DNA from: Obrimoposthia wandeli
Taxonomy: Eukaryota
Assembly: GCA_977020255.1 (NCBI GenBank)
Contig: CDROCS010004142.1
Location: 1-64,000 of the forward strand
Direction of reading: 5' to 3'
Length of the DNA stretch: 64,000 bases
Below, in pieces: positions 41,159-52,024 of the stretch. The notes beneath the pieces were generated by a model, which was given only the letters and a program-made list of their open reading frames with translations, was not told the DNA's origin and searched no databases. The position numbers were made by a program, and so were the translations under genes. How positions within the stretch are numbered: the stretch's first letter is position 1; every line of letters begins with the position of its first letter.

Positions 41159-41932
41159 ATGACTCGTGATAAAAGTTATTTTGATAAGCGCAGCACCCAA
41201 GAAATGGCCGTACATTTGGGCAAAAGAGAGCTAACGGTAACACAGCAGTTAGCAGTCACTGCACGTATGCTTTCTCTAGATGGACATGAAGCAGGATTAG
41301 CGGGGCAAATTACAGCAAGGGCAGAAGCAGAAGATACCTATTGGACTTTGCGCTTTGGAGTAGGTTTTGATGAAGCTAAAGCAAAAGACTTTATAAAAAT
41401 AGACAATGATTTAAATACGATCGAAGGAGAGGGAATGGCTAACCCCGCCACGCGTTTCCATACCTGGGTATATCGTAATCGCCAAGACATCTCATCAATT
41501 GTGCATACGCACCCTCCATTTATATCTGCTATGTCGATGCTGGAAGAGCCCTTAGTCATTGCACATATGGATCAAACTCCTTTTTATAATGATTGTGCTT
41601 TTCTAAAAGAGTGGCCAGGGGTACCAATAGCTGATGACGAAGGCCGCATTATTACCGAAGCACTTGCAGGTAAACACGCAATTATTTTGGCTCATCACGG
41701 TTACTTAGTTGCAGGTAAAACTGTGTCCGAATCTTGCTATTTAGCGGTATATTTGGAGCGAGCTGCGCGAATGCAATTGCGCGCAGCGGCAGTAGGTTCT
41801 ATAAAATCAGTGCCTGATCATTTAGCCGAAGAAGCGGGAAGATATTTACGTAAACAATCTATTATGGATGCTACTTTTGATTACTTTACACGCCAAACTG
41901 AAAGGGTTTACGGTGCGTACTTGTTGGTGTAA
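41159..41932 (+). CDS. Class II aldolase/adducin-family protein
   Basis: GH.AGLAGQIT, ANPATRFH.W.Y, IVHTHP and LAHHG. Confidence 0.9.
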   Translation: MTRDKSYFDKRSTQEMAVHLGKRELTVTQQLAVTARMLSLDGHEAGLAGQITARAEAEDTYWTLRFGVGFDEAKAKDFIKIDNDLNTIEGEGMANPATRFHTWVYRNRQDISSIVHTHPPFISAMSMLEEPLVIAHMDQTPFYNDCAFLKEWPGVPIADDEGRIITEALAGKHAIILAHHGYLVAGKTVSESCYLAVYLERAARMQLRAAAVGSIKSVPDHLAEEAGRYLRKQSIMDATFDYFTRQTERVYGAYLLV

Positions 41933-42537
41933 GGATGAACGTGTAGTTTTAACCAAAAATCAGACTTCAGTTTTACGTTAAAAAGGGGGGCAGAGATCGA
42001 ACAATAAATACATAACTCCAAGCTCATGTCAGCTGTTTATAATTCTATTCATCTTCACGGTGTAGCGTGCTATAAACAGCTGATGAATGCACGCCTAGAG
42101 CAAGCTTATCTGAATATCAACCACTTTATTTCATTTCATGAATGGTCACTTTATGAAGAGCCGTAAATCACCTAGGTTTTTCATAAACTATTTCTTGCCG
42201 CTAAAGTTATTGCGCTATTAACACAATGTAATATTGTTAGTTTAATGCTTAAAATGGCGCATGCTTTATATTCCCCCTTTTTTATCACTAATAAGTGATG
42301 TGTTTGGTTATCGTTTTCAGCTCTATTAATTATTTGTAAAATGCTATATACCTAGGGTAATTGCTATTGATAGATAACTCTGGTTATTTCATTCAGCAAA
42401 AAACAAGGGAGTAGGGGCTTATTATTCAAAGATGCAGAGAATAGTCTTACCTCCTAAAATATTTAGGATAAGCGTGTTGTTTGAGGAAAAATATAATATA
42501 TTAAACAGACTCTTGAAACAGTAGCATGTGAAAATGT

Positions 42538-43704
42538 ATGAAAGTGTTTTTTTTAACTCATGTAGCAGATAAGAAGCTGTTAATAAACAATGGTTTGGAG
42601 AAGGTTTTGCAGCTAAATTATGTTTTTGAAGGTGTTGCTCGGATACGCAAACATGAATGGTATATAGCTACTATACATCCTGTTTTTGAGTTTAAATTAT
42701 TCATAAAGTCACGCTCCTTTTTAAAAAGTAGTTTGTTTGTTTTTTTTATGATGAGCCACTTCTATAGCGGTGATATTAGTGCAAAACAAGTCGATATTCT
42801 TGTAATAGAAAGTTATCACAAAACCTTTGAATGGGATGTTAGCTATAAAAAAGGCCTCACAGAGGTTTTGAATGATGAATACCAGTTGTCATTTTTTCAA
42901 ATGAATACCAAGAGAATAAAAAAAGAAAAAATTGCTGAAATGGCAGACTTAGCGTGGCAAAAATACCTAGAATTAAAGCCTAAACTGGTTATATTAGGTG
43001 ATGATAACGCCCTGAAATATTTAGGTCCAATGTTCGCTAAAACGAAAACTCCGGTGGTATATTTAGGTATTAACAATAACCCTAGAGCCTACAATATAAG
43101 AGCACACGAGAATATAACCGGAATTTTAGAGAGGCCTATTCTAAGTCGTTCAATTATACTTATTAGTAAACTATTAAAGATGCGCGAGATACTGGTGCTT
43201 TTTGACAATAGTGCAACGTCAAATGCAATCTTAAAGGAAACGTTTCATGATAAATTAGTGATTAAAATTTTGAATGTCAATATTCATATTAAATTACAAG
43301 ATAGTTATGAGCAATGGAAAAAGGATGTGAAAAACGCAAAAAATGACCAGTATGATGCGATTTTCATTGGTTTGTATCACACATTGAAAAGCGAAGTAGG
43401 CAAACACATTGAAGCTGATAATGTCATTAATTGGACCGGAAAAAACACACCTATTCCATTATTTTCTTTTTGGGAATTTGCAGTGGGTGCTGAAAAGAGT
43501 ATAGGTGGTTATGTTGTTTTTGGTGAAGAACAAGGAAAAGAAGCAGCAAAGTTTGCACTAAAAATTCTCAATGGTGTTGAGCCTAGGGACATTTATCCTA
43601 AAACAGCGTTGAAAGGGCGACTGGTCTTTAGCAGAACTCAATTAGAGAAATGGTCTTTGGTTTTACCGCGATTATTATCCGATCAAGCAATATTCATAGA
43701 GTGA
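42538..43704 (+). CDS. ABC-type substrate-binding-like periplasmic protein (start probably further downstream)
   Basis: ILVIESYH...EW..SY..G, LGDDNAL, PVVYLGINNNPR and IGG.V..G.EQG..AA. Confidence 0.65.
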   Translation: MKVFFLTHVADKKLLINNGLEKVLQLNYVFEGVARIRKHEWYIATIHPVFEFKLFIKSRSFLKSSLFVFFMMSHFYSGDISAKQVDILVIESYHKTFEWDVSYKKGLTEVLNDEYQLSFFQMNTKRIKKEKIAEMADLAWQKYLELKPKLVILGDDNALKYLGPMFAKTKTPVVYLGINNNPRAYNIRAHENITGILERPILSRSIILISKLLKMREILVLFDNSATSNAILKETFHDKLVIKILNVNIHIKLQDSYEQWKKDVKNAKNDQYDAIFIGLYHTLKSEVGKHIEADNVINWTGKNTPIPLFSFWEFAVGAEKSIGGYVVFGEEQGKEAAKFALKILNGVEPRDIYPKTALKGRLVFSRTQLEKWSLVLPRLLSDQAIFIE

Positions 43705-43885
43705 TTGATTTTTATTCAAGAGAATCTAAATGAAATCAGGAAGTAATATTTCGCTGGCACTGAGGTGCAATCTGCATGATGTATTAAAACCCCGACGAGT
43801 GGTCATAACCGTATAAAAAATTATGCTAATCGGGGCTTTCTGCTTTAAATTATCTGTGATGCACAGATATTATAAGAGCGCTTTT

Positions 43886-44767
43886 TTAAGCTTCGAAATC
43901 ATCCATTAAGAGCTTAAGACTAAGCTCTTCTTGAGTGGTTGTACCACGTAGCGGTTTTCTAGGAAGACCCGCTGCAATGCCTTTTAATGCTAAGCCTGCT
44001 TTAATTGCTTTAGGTATACCACCTGCAACAATAAAACGTAGCATTGGCAATTGACGGTAAAATATTGTTTGCGCTGACTTTAAATCACCCTTAACGACAC
44101 TTTCATACAATGCTTTAGGTTGGCGACCAAGTAAATTGGGTGCTGCAGTACACCAGCCACTAGCCCCTGCACATAGTGCCTCTAAAGCCAGTGGATTACT
44201 ACCATTGAAGAATGGTAGCGTGCCAGAGCTTAGCTCAAATATTTTGTGCATACGTTGAATGTCGCCAGTGCTTTCTTTGACCATCGTCACGTTCTCAATT
44301 TCATTGTACATTTTGACTAACAACTCAGGAGACATGTCTATGCCACTAGTAGCGGGATTGTTATATACCATAATTGGTAAAGAGATGGCTTTGGCAATTT
44401 CTTCATAGTAGCTAAAGATTTCAGTGTCAGTGAGCTTCCAATATGAAACCGGAATGACCATGATGGCATCGGCGCCAATAGACTCTGCATATCTCGCTTT
44501 ACTAATCGCGCTTAAGGTTGTGAGTTCAGAAATACCAATAATCACCGGAATTCTTTTATTGACCGTTTTAATGGTGAAATCCGCGACTTGTCGCCATTCG
44601 TCTAAGCTTAAGTATGCGCTCTCTCCGGTGCTTCCCAGTGGGGCTATTGCATCACTTTCATTATCTATTAATAACTCTAAGGTCTTTCCTAGAGTTTCAA
44701 AATCGATACTTCTTTCATCAGCGCTAAAAGGAGTAATAGGGTAGGCGACAATACCTGATATTTTCAT
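43886..44767 (-). CDS. DapA/NanA-family class I aldolase
   Basis: LGSTGE, YNNP..SG.D and Schiff-base VKES motif. Confidence 0.9.
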   Translation of the reverse strand: MKISGIVAYPITPFSADERSIDFETLGKTLELLIDNESDAIAPLGSTGESAYLSLDEWRQVADFTIKTVNKRIPVIIGISELTTLSAISKARYAESIGADAIMVIPVSYWKLTDTEIFSYYEEIAKAISLPIMVYNNPATSGIDMSPELLVKMYNEIENVTMVKESTGDIQRMHKIFELSSGTLPFFNGSNPLALEALCAGASGWCTAAPNLLGRQPKALYESVVKGDLKSAQTIFYRQLPMLRFIVAGGIPKAIKAGLALKGIAAGLPRKPLRGTTTQEELSLKLLMDDFEA

Positions 44768-44781
44768 GTGTAATTCCTTAA

Positions 44782-45558
44782 TTAAAGGCAATCTGGGTTA
44801 GTTTTTAGCGCTTGTCTTGCATAATACGCAAAGTTAACTTTGTCTCTTTTTTCACTAGAAACCCAGTCATGTGCTTCTTTAGCAAGCTCAGGAGGTAGAG
44901 GTTGGATTTGCCCAGCGGACATTGCCAGTAATTGAAGTTTGGCTGCACGTTCTATTAAAATGGCTAAATTACACGCTTCTTCAATGGTTTTCCCCACAAC
45001 CAACTGTCCATGATGGGCCAGAAATACAGCACGTTTGTCGCCTAGTACTTTAGAAATGAGAATGCCTTCTTCGTTACCAACTGGCACGCCAGGCCAATCA
45101 GGCAAAAAGGCACAGTCATCATATAAGCTACAAGTATCCATCTGTGAAATAATCAGCGGAACCTTCAGCATAGATAAGGCAGCGATGTAAGTTGGATGGG
45201 TGTGGATGATGCAATTAACTTCAGGGTGCTCTTTATAAATCCAAGTATGGAAACGATTAGCTGGGTTAGCCATCCCTTTACCATCTAAAGGGTTTAAATC
45301 TAAATCAACTTCGAGCAAGTTATCAGCACTGGTTTCATCAAAACCTAATCCAAATTGTTGAGTAAGAAAGGTGTCTGGCTGTTCAGACCTGCAAGTTATT
45401 TGGCCTGCTAAACCAGCATCGTGGCCTTTACTAAAAAGTATTCTGCAAGTTACAGCAAGTTTTTGTCGATCAGTCAGTGCTATATCTTCTAATACTTCGC
45501 GCATTTTATCTTGTGATTGTTGCATTAAGTCTTGCTTGCTGTGGTTACCCGTTTTCAT
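44782..45558 (-). CDS. Class II aldolase/adducin-family protein (paralog of 41159-41932)
   Basis: GHDAGLAGQIT, ANPANRFH.WIY, IIHTHP and LAHHG. Confidence 0.9.
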   Translation of the reverse strand: MKTGNHSKQDLMQQSQDKMREVLEDIALTDRQKLAVTCRILFSKGHDAGLAGQITCRSEQPDTFLTQQFGLGFDETSADNLLEVDLDLNPLDGKGMANPANRFHTWIYKEHPEVNCIIHTHPTYIAALSMLKVPLIISQMDTCSLYDDCAFLPDWPGVPVGNEEGILISKVLGDKRAVFLAHHGQLVVGKTIEEACNLAILIERAAKLQLLAMSAGQIQPLPPELAKEAHDWVSSEKRDKVNFAYYARQALKTNPDCL

Positions 45559-45676
45559 TGTTTAATCCTCTTGTGACGTTGTATTTCTAATTCAATGAAG
45601 ACACAATAAACAATAATTGGACTACAATTAACATCCTGTTTTTTATTTAACGATGGTCCAGATAGCGGAGGTGAAT

Positions 45677-47143
45677 ATGCTAAGACCTTGGAATCTGCAG
45701 TTTAATCTTGAGGACAGCCCGGGGAAAACGTTTCACGCTAGGCTTTCCAATCAATTGATGAGAGATATTCAAAAAGGAAGGCTTAGCCCTGGCTTAATGA
45801 TGCCTGGTTCTCGATTATTAGCAGTACAATTAGCTGTTAACAGAAAAACAGTACAGCTAGTTTACGAAGAGCTCGTATCCCAAGGATGGTTGGTCTCTAA
45901 GCCTAGATGTGGCACTTTCGTGGCTGATATACTGCCTGAGAAAGCGCTTTCAACAGATGATCAGCAATTAATTAATTTTGCCAAAGAGACTCGATCTTCG
46001 TCAGCACTAGAAAGTAGCCTGTATTTGAGTGCTTTAGCGTCGAACGATAAAATATCAACTGCCAACGATGGTGTCCCAGATGTTAGGCTCATCCCTTATG
46101 AATTACTCTCCAGAGCATATCGTCGCGCGTTGATCCAATCTAGTCGACAGCGATACTTAGGTTACGGCGATCCGCGAGGTACCCATGAGTTAAGAAGTTC
46201 TATTCAAGAAATGCTGAATATGGATAGATTTATGACAGTTGAAGATGATCAGGTATGTATTGTGAGAGGAAGCCAGATGGCCATTTATTTGACCTCTAGA
46301 GTACTCTCTCCGAATAATGGCGTGATCATTGTTGAGAGGTTGTGTTACAAGCCAGCCAAAGCTGCATTTGAAGCGAATGGTTTTAAAGTGATCGCTTGTG
46401 ATTTAGATGATGAAGGTTTATGTACGGAGCACTTAGAGAAATTATTGCTAAGTAATAAAGTTGCTGCGGTATTTAGCACGCCACATCATCAATACCCTAC
46501 GACAGTTTCAATGACTATGGAGCGGCGACTTAAACTCTTATCTCTATCTAAAACGCATCAATTTATGGTGATTGAAGATGACTATGATCATGAGTTTCAC
46601 TATGAGGGGCGGCCTATACCACCTCTGGCCAGTTTGCCAAATTCAGAGTACGTCATTCATATAGGATCTATGTCAAAAGTATTTGCTCCTGGTTTAAGAT
46701 TGGGCTACATGGTGGCTCATGCCAGCTTTATTGAAAAGGTAGCCCAAGAAATAGTGTTGATCGATCGCCAAGGAAATACTGTAACTGAACTGGCAGTTTC
46801 TGATTTAATGCAATCAGGTGAGGTGAAGCGGCATATCCGTAAAGTCAGAAAACAATATCAATCTCGTCGAGATTTTACTGTTCAAGAATTTAGAAGAATA
46901 TTTAATAGTGAGGTATCTTTTAATATCCCTGCGGGTGGTTTAGCTTTATGGGTAAGGTTATCAACATTACACGATGCTGGAAATGACAAAAACAAGAAGA
47001 ACATTGACGAAAATTTGAGCGTCTATTATAGCGCTGAAAACAGCAGTGAAGTATTCATTCGATTTGGATTTGGAGCGTTAACAGAAAGTGAAATCACAGC
47101 GTCTATAAAAGCACTTACTAGGCATGGGGTACAGATGAATTAG
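45677..47143 (+). CDS. MocR/GabR-family PLP-dependent transcription factor
   Basis: GntR wHTH (PGSR.LA..L.VNRKTV), TP.HQYPT, IEDDYDHEF and SK.FAPGLRLGY; GGAGGT RBS. Confidence 0.92.
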   Translation: MLRPWNLQFNLEDSPGKTFHARLSNQLMRDIQKGRLSPGLMMPGSRLLAVQLAVNRKTVQLVYEELVSQGWLVSKPRCGTFVADILPEKALSTDDQQLINFAKETRSSSALESSLYLSALASNDKISTANDGVPDVRLIPYELLSRAYRRALIQSSRQRYLGYGDPRGTHELRSSIQEMLNMDRFMTVEDDQVCIVRGSQMAIYLTSRVLSPNNGVIIVERLCYKPAKAAFEANGFKVIACDLDDEGLCTEHLEKLLLSNKVAAVFSTPHHQYPTTVSMTMERRLKLLSLSKTHQFMVIEDDYDHEFHYEGRPIPPLASLPNSEYVIHIGSMSKVFAPGLRLGYMVAHASFIEKVAQEIVLIDRQGNTVTELAVSDLMQSGEVKRHIRKVRKQYQSRRDFTVQEFRRIFNSEVSFNIPAGGLALWVRLSTLHDAGNDKNKKNIDENLSVYYSAENSSEVFIRFGFGALTESEITASIKALTRHGVQMN

Positions 47144-47185
47144 TGAAGATAATTATTTAAGTTTATGCTCTAGGCTGTTGTTAAA

Positions 47186-47626
47186 TAATGAGGTTTGTCA
47201 GTTTTTTTTGTTGTGTTCTCTTAAGTGGCGTGCATTCAACTGCTTAATAGATAAGCAATTGAATGCTGTGAAAGGCTACTACTTTTTAATCACAACCGCT
47301 TTGTTTGTAATCATTCACCCAACAAGCGGTAACTCTCTAATCGAGCACCAAAATCATGGGTTACAGTCACTACTGCAATTTCATTGGTGCCAAAATCTTT
47401 CGCCAGTGCTTCAATCTCTGTTTTACAGCGATCAGGTGTACCGACGGTATAACCTTTTAGAAGGTGAACATACTCAGCTTCGTTTGAGGCCGAAAAATGT
47501 TTACGCTGATCTTGTACTGCTTCTGGCGAAATTAATGCATCTTGATGGCCGCTACTTCTCATCATCTTTCTATAGATAGCGAGGTGCCTGCTAATGAGGT
47601 TTGTCAGTTTTTTTGGTTGTGTTCTC
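47186..47626. repeat. 35-bp direct repeat pair; one copy interrupts the LLM gene
   Basis: taatgaggtttgtcagtttttttg.ttgtgttctc at 47186-47220 and 47592-47626. Confidence 0.92.
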
Positions 47627-48319
47627 CACCATTAACATGCGATTTGGTTTGCCGCTGTGTCCTGCGCTATGCCAAGCTTTGTCGTAGGCATCAAAGATAT
47701 CAGGGGTGCAATGGTCGGGAGAAATGAAACGTGCTAGGGCTAAATGCATGCCGACTTGGCCTGCTAGTTCTGCACTATTGGCGCTTGAGCCTAACATCCA
47801 CATTTGAGGGCTAGATGTTAGTGAAGGGGTAATATGTAAACCTTTCCATGGATGGTCGTTAGGGATATCTTGTTCTAATAAAGCCTTTAATGTAGAAGCT
47901 TGTGCAGGGTAATTACTGGCATTAAGTGGCTGACTTGGCCAGGCCAGTGCCGATGATGCGATGGCATCGCCACCCGGTGCGCGGCCTATACCTAAATCAA
48001 TACGCCCGGGAAACAGTGCATTCAACATATTGAAAACTTCAGCTACTTTATAAGGGCTGTAGTGACTGAGCATTACGCCACCGCTGCCAACACGCATATT
48101 TTTGGTAATACTTGCGATACTGGCAATGAGAATCTCAGGACTTGGGCCTGCAAACTGTGGGCTGTTGTGATGCTCAGCAACCCAATAGCGGCTATAGCCA
48201 AATGTGTCACAAGCTTTGGCCAGCTCGATTGACATCATTGCAGCATTAGCTAATTGTGGCGCGCTTTCTTGCGGGTGAACAGGGCTTTGGTCTAATACAG
48301 TTAAATTAATAGTGGCCAT
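47311..48319 (-). pseudogene. Luciferase-like (LLM class) flavin monooxygenase, interrupted
   Basis: GY.RYWVAEHH, GSGGVML.HYSP.KVAE.F and GRIDLG.GRAPG in the 5' part; GTP..C...E.LA..FG.NE...VT in the 3' part. Confidence 0.88.
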
Positions 48320-48811
48320 AATATTCTTTTCTTAGAGAGTTATGAATAGGGTGAGAATGATGGCAAGTTCAAATGCTTGCTAAATTCTGCCCGCTGGATA
48401 GTTATTAAAATATTAATAAAGATGAATATGTTAATTGATAAAAATAATAAGAACCCAAGTTTGCTATTTTGCCCTTTCGCTTTTTGCACCGCAACCATTT
48501 AATATTAAAGGATAAATAAGTTAAAATAATATTCTCATTTAAAATCAGAGTGTTATCGAGATAAGTCCGGTTTATTTATTAGATCGTTGGCTGTTACTAA
48601 ATGTTCCGATGCAAGCTTTGATCTTCTCCTCTAGTAACCTTTCTTTATTCAAATGGCTTTATAGTTCTTTATCGCTATTTTGTATTCAAATTTCTCTTCT
48701 AAGCGCTATTTATGAATTAAATAATTTATTACTTAGATAGCCTGAGAGAAACCGTCTTTGTAAAGCAGATGTATTTTGTAGGATCATTAAATTCTTGATA
48801 AGGACTGTTAG

Positions 48812-49396
48812 ATGATTGATGAGGCTTTGGTTTTTATAAAAAATAATTTGAATCAATATATACATTTACAGTTGTTTAGTGGGGCTGATGAGGTCGTAGA
48901 GAATCATGTCGTGTTTCTTGAGGGCAATAGCTTAGAGTCTATTTCCTTTAGTAGTGGATTTGTTTCATTATTATTGGTCAACATTGAAGAGGAAAAAACA
49001 TTAAGGTCAGCTAATTTGTACAGCAGAGCCACACCTAACGGTTCAAGCGTAACGACTCGGCCAGAAATTAAGCTTAATCTTTATATCTTGTTTGTTGCAC
49101 GATTTGAGCAATACGAAACATCACTTAAATACATATCCTTAATTTTAAAATACTTCCAATCTAATCGATCATTTAGCGCCAATCAGGATGCAAATTTAAG
49201 TGCAGATATCGGTAAATTAAACATCGAATTAATAACTCAACAAGGCAATGAGTTAAATGAAATGTGGGGAACCTTAAAAATAGGTTATCAACCATCATTA
49301 TTATACAAACTCAGTTTGCTAGTGTTTATGGATGGAAGTATTGAACCCAAATCAGAGGTACAAAATATGGCACTTGATTTGAAGGATTCGGTTTGA
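48812..49396 (+). CDS. eCIS Afp16/Pvc16-like cap (tail terminator), DUF4255
   Basis: LVNIEEEK, LNLYILF.A.F..Y..SL..IS....FQ and WG.L...YQPS.LYK. Confidence 0.85.
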   Translation: MIDEALVFIKNNLNQYIHLQLFSGADEVVENHVVFLEGNSLESISFSSGFVSLLLVNIEEEKTLRSANLYSRATPNGSSVTTRPEIKLNLYILFVARFEQYETSLKYISLILKYFQSNRSFSANQDANLSADIGKLNIELITQQGNELNEMWGTLKIGYQPSLLYKLSLLVFMDGSIEPKSEVQNMALDLKDSV

Positions 49397-50268
49397 AATA
49401 TTTACCTCTCTTAGAGTTAACGATCAAGCATAACTATTACACAGCAGGTGTTTCAACTGACTTTAGTGTAATACCTGATGTGAATACTCAGCAGATGTTG
49501 CGAAATTATAAGTGTATTTGCAAAAAAAGCACGACGGGTTTTATTGTTTATCAAAGTGTTGAAACGCACCCAGTTAATGAAACGGGTGAGGCAGAAGCCG
49601 CTTTACAAGAAACCCCTTTTATTACGCTAGATCCCTCGCATCGCTTTATTTTTGATATGAAGCTAATTAACACTGATCATCATTTATTTACAGATTTCAG
49701 CGCACATTCAGCACAAAAACATAGTGACATTATTTATCTAACGGATGGATCAGGTTTAAATCAACAAACATTAACAATGACATCAATAGATTCAACAGTG
49801 CAAGGCAAGCACTTTGCTCAAATACATATTGGGTTAGAGGGCATTAAGCCTAGAGATATTGGGCATCAGCAGTATTTTCTTGAGTTTTCAGCCAAATCAC
49901 TACCTTGGCAATATTTTCTTATTGAAAATGAAAGCAATGATAACAACTCAGTTTTCTCTATTACTCATGAGACTAGCAATGAAGCTAATGGCATTCATTT
50001 TGAATCGGTTACTCCTTTAGAAAGTAAACTCTTCCACCACTTACAAAGTAGTTATCCAAATTCAACCATTCATTGCTTTCAATCAACAAGAGCAGTGGCA
50101 TGCCAGCAAAGTAGTCATAAAGGGATTCAATTAATGAGAGAGGGAGAAAATTTTATAGAAAATTTAGCTAACCCTACTCTTAGCAACATAAATCGTATTA
50201 ATGAAAAAGAGGAAGGTGGAGTCGCTACTCGAGATTACTTTTATCACGTAGTTACTCATATAACGTAA
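49393..50268 (+). CDS. eCIS-associated protein, candidate cap adaptor
   Basis: Coupled between cap and sheath genes; L..L.I.H.YY N-terminus; position matches the second cap gene of AlgoCIS-type loci (inference). Confidence 0.55.
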   Translation: MKYLPLLELTIKHNYYTAGVSTDFSVIPDVNTQQMLRNYKCICKKSTTGFIVYQSVETHPVNETGEAEAALQETPFITLDPSHRFIFDMKLINTDHHLFTDFSAHSAQKHSDIIYLTDGSGLNQQTLTMTSIDSTVQGKHFAQIHIGLEGIKPRDIGHQQYFLEFSAKSLPWQYFLIENESNDNNSVFSITHETSNEANGIHFESVTPLESKLFHHLQSSYPNSTIHCFQSTRAVACQQSSHKGIQLMREGENFIENLANPTLSNINRINEKEEGGVATRDYFYHVVTHIT

Positions 50269-50295
50269 AATCTATCAATCATAGGAAGTTAGAAA

Positions 50296-51987
50296 ATGGC
50301 CACTCAATATATGACTCCCGGTGTTGTTGTTGAAGAAGTTTCAACATTACCACCTTCAGTCGCCTCAGTATCAACGGCGATACCTGCTTTTTTAGGTTAC
50401 ACACAAAAATCAATGGCAACAGAAAGTCGCTCTCAAGTTTTAAGAATCAATAACATGCTTGAGTATGAAACGTATTTTGGTGGGCCATTATTGAAAGCCT
50501 ATACGGTGAATGTTAGTCAGGCTAGCCCTCAAGTTTGGGGGATTAATAGCATTATTAACAGTGATGAGGGACAACCTCAATTTAGCCTATATTATGCAAT
50601 GAGTATGTATTTTAAAAACGGTGGAGGAAGTTGCTACGTGGCCTCTTTAGGGGATTATGCTACGACACCTAAAGCTAAAGATTTTAGTACGGCTTTAGCG
50701 GCGATTGAAAGAGAAGATGAGCCAACTATCATCGTACTTTGTGATGGGTTATTACTAGATTCTGCTAAATATTATGCGCTTTGTCAGGAGGTTTTAAGCC
50801 AGTGTAATAAACTAGGTGATCGATTTGCAGTGTTTGATTTATTTGAAAGCGATGAAGACGGCGCTAACTTTAGAGGTGGCATAGGCACTAACTATTTAAA
50901 ATACGGCGCTGCTTATAGCTCCCATTTGATGACAACACTGACGTATCAATATCAAGAAGATAGCATTAATATTTCTGGCCTCCCCATTACTGCTGATCAA
51001 GCTAGTTGGGAGATTAGGCTGGGTGCTCATGGTATGCAAATTGGTTTTATCGGGCCTGTTGCAAGTGATCCTAAGTATAAAATTACTGCAGGTAGCGATG
51101 GAAGTGCTCTAAGTATCAACGTTAACGACGATGATATTTCGGTGTTGAATGCGCGAGGAAAGAGTGCGGTTGAAATACTAGTCGTTTGGGATGCATTGAA
51201 TGCTCAGGAGCAAGGTGGTTTTAGTCTTGAAACAATAGGCACCGGTTTAGATGAAGCAGGGAGCTTATTAAGTGGAGAAGGGATTACGACAACCGGTACA
51301 AGTAGTGAAAAATTAGCGCTAGTCGGCCCATTTCCGAGCTTAGGCAGTATAAAAGAAGATAAAACCGCGCTTTATAATTTGATTAAAAACCAGCTGTCTA
51401 AGCAATATGTACAACTAGCTTCCTCTTCGGCTGTTGCGGGTGTTTACGCCAGAGTTGATCGTGATAGAGGCGTTTGGAAAGCCCCTGCTAATGAGAGTCT
51501 TGCGGCTGTTATTGGACCCACTAAAAAAATAAACCACGATGAACAAGCGTTATTAAACGTGACACAAAGTGGTAAATCAATCAATGCAATACGTGCTTTT
51601 ACAGGCAAAGGAACCCTCGTTTGGGGAGCAAGAACCTTGGCAGGTAATGACAATGAATGGCGTTATGTCTCTGTGCGAAGACTGTTCAATATGATTGAAG
51701 AATCAAGTTTAAAAGCAACCGCCTTTGCGGTGTTTGAGCCTAATGATGCAACCACCTGGTTAAAAGTCAAAGCCATGATTGAAAGTTTCTTGTTCGGTTT
51801 ATGGGAACGTGGTGCTCTGGCAGGACCTACACCAGAATCTGCCTATTTTGTTCACGTAGGTTTAGGTAAAACCATGACAGCACAAAATATTTTAGAAGGC
51901 GTTATGAATGTTGAAATAGGCGTTGCAGCGGTAAGACCTGCTGAATTTATTGTTTTAAAGTTCAGTCATAAATTGCAAGAAGCTTAG
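50296..51987 (+). CDS. eCIS contractile sheath protein (Afp2/3/4-like)
   Basis: TPGV..EE, AIPAF.GYT, RGVWKAPAN, GART..GN..EWRYV.VRR and RPAEFI...FS. Confidence 0.96.
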   Translation: MATQYMTPGVVVEEVSTLPPSVASVSTAIPAFLGYTQKSMATESRSQVLRINNMLEYETYFGGPLLKAYTVNVSQASPQVWGINSIINSDEGQPQFSLYYAMSMYFKNGGGSCYVASLGDYATTPKAKDFSTALAAIEREDEPTIIVLCDGLLLDSAKYYALCQEVLSQCNKLGDRFAVFDLFESDEDGANFRGGIGTNYLKYGAAYSSHLMTTLTYQYQEDSINISGLPITADQASWEIRLGAHGMQIGFIGPVASDPKYKITAGSDGSALSINVNDDDISVLNARGKSAVEILVVWDALNAQEQGGFSLETIGTGLDEAGSLLSGEGITTTGTSSEKLALVGPFPSLGSIKEDKTALYNLIKNQLSKQYVQLASSSAVAGVYARVDRDRGVWKAPANESLAAVIGPTKKINHDEQALLNVTQSGKSINAIRAFTGKGTLVWGARTLAGNDNEWRYVSVRRLFNMIEESSLKATAFAVFEPNDATTWLKVKAMIESFLFGLWERGALAGPTPESAYFVHVGLGKTMTAQNILEGVMNVEIGVAAVRPAEFIVLKFSHKLQEA

Positions 51988-52024
51988 ATAAAGACATTTT
52001 GTTTATTATTGAGGAGATACCAGC

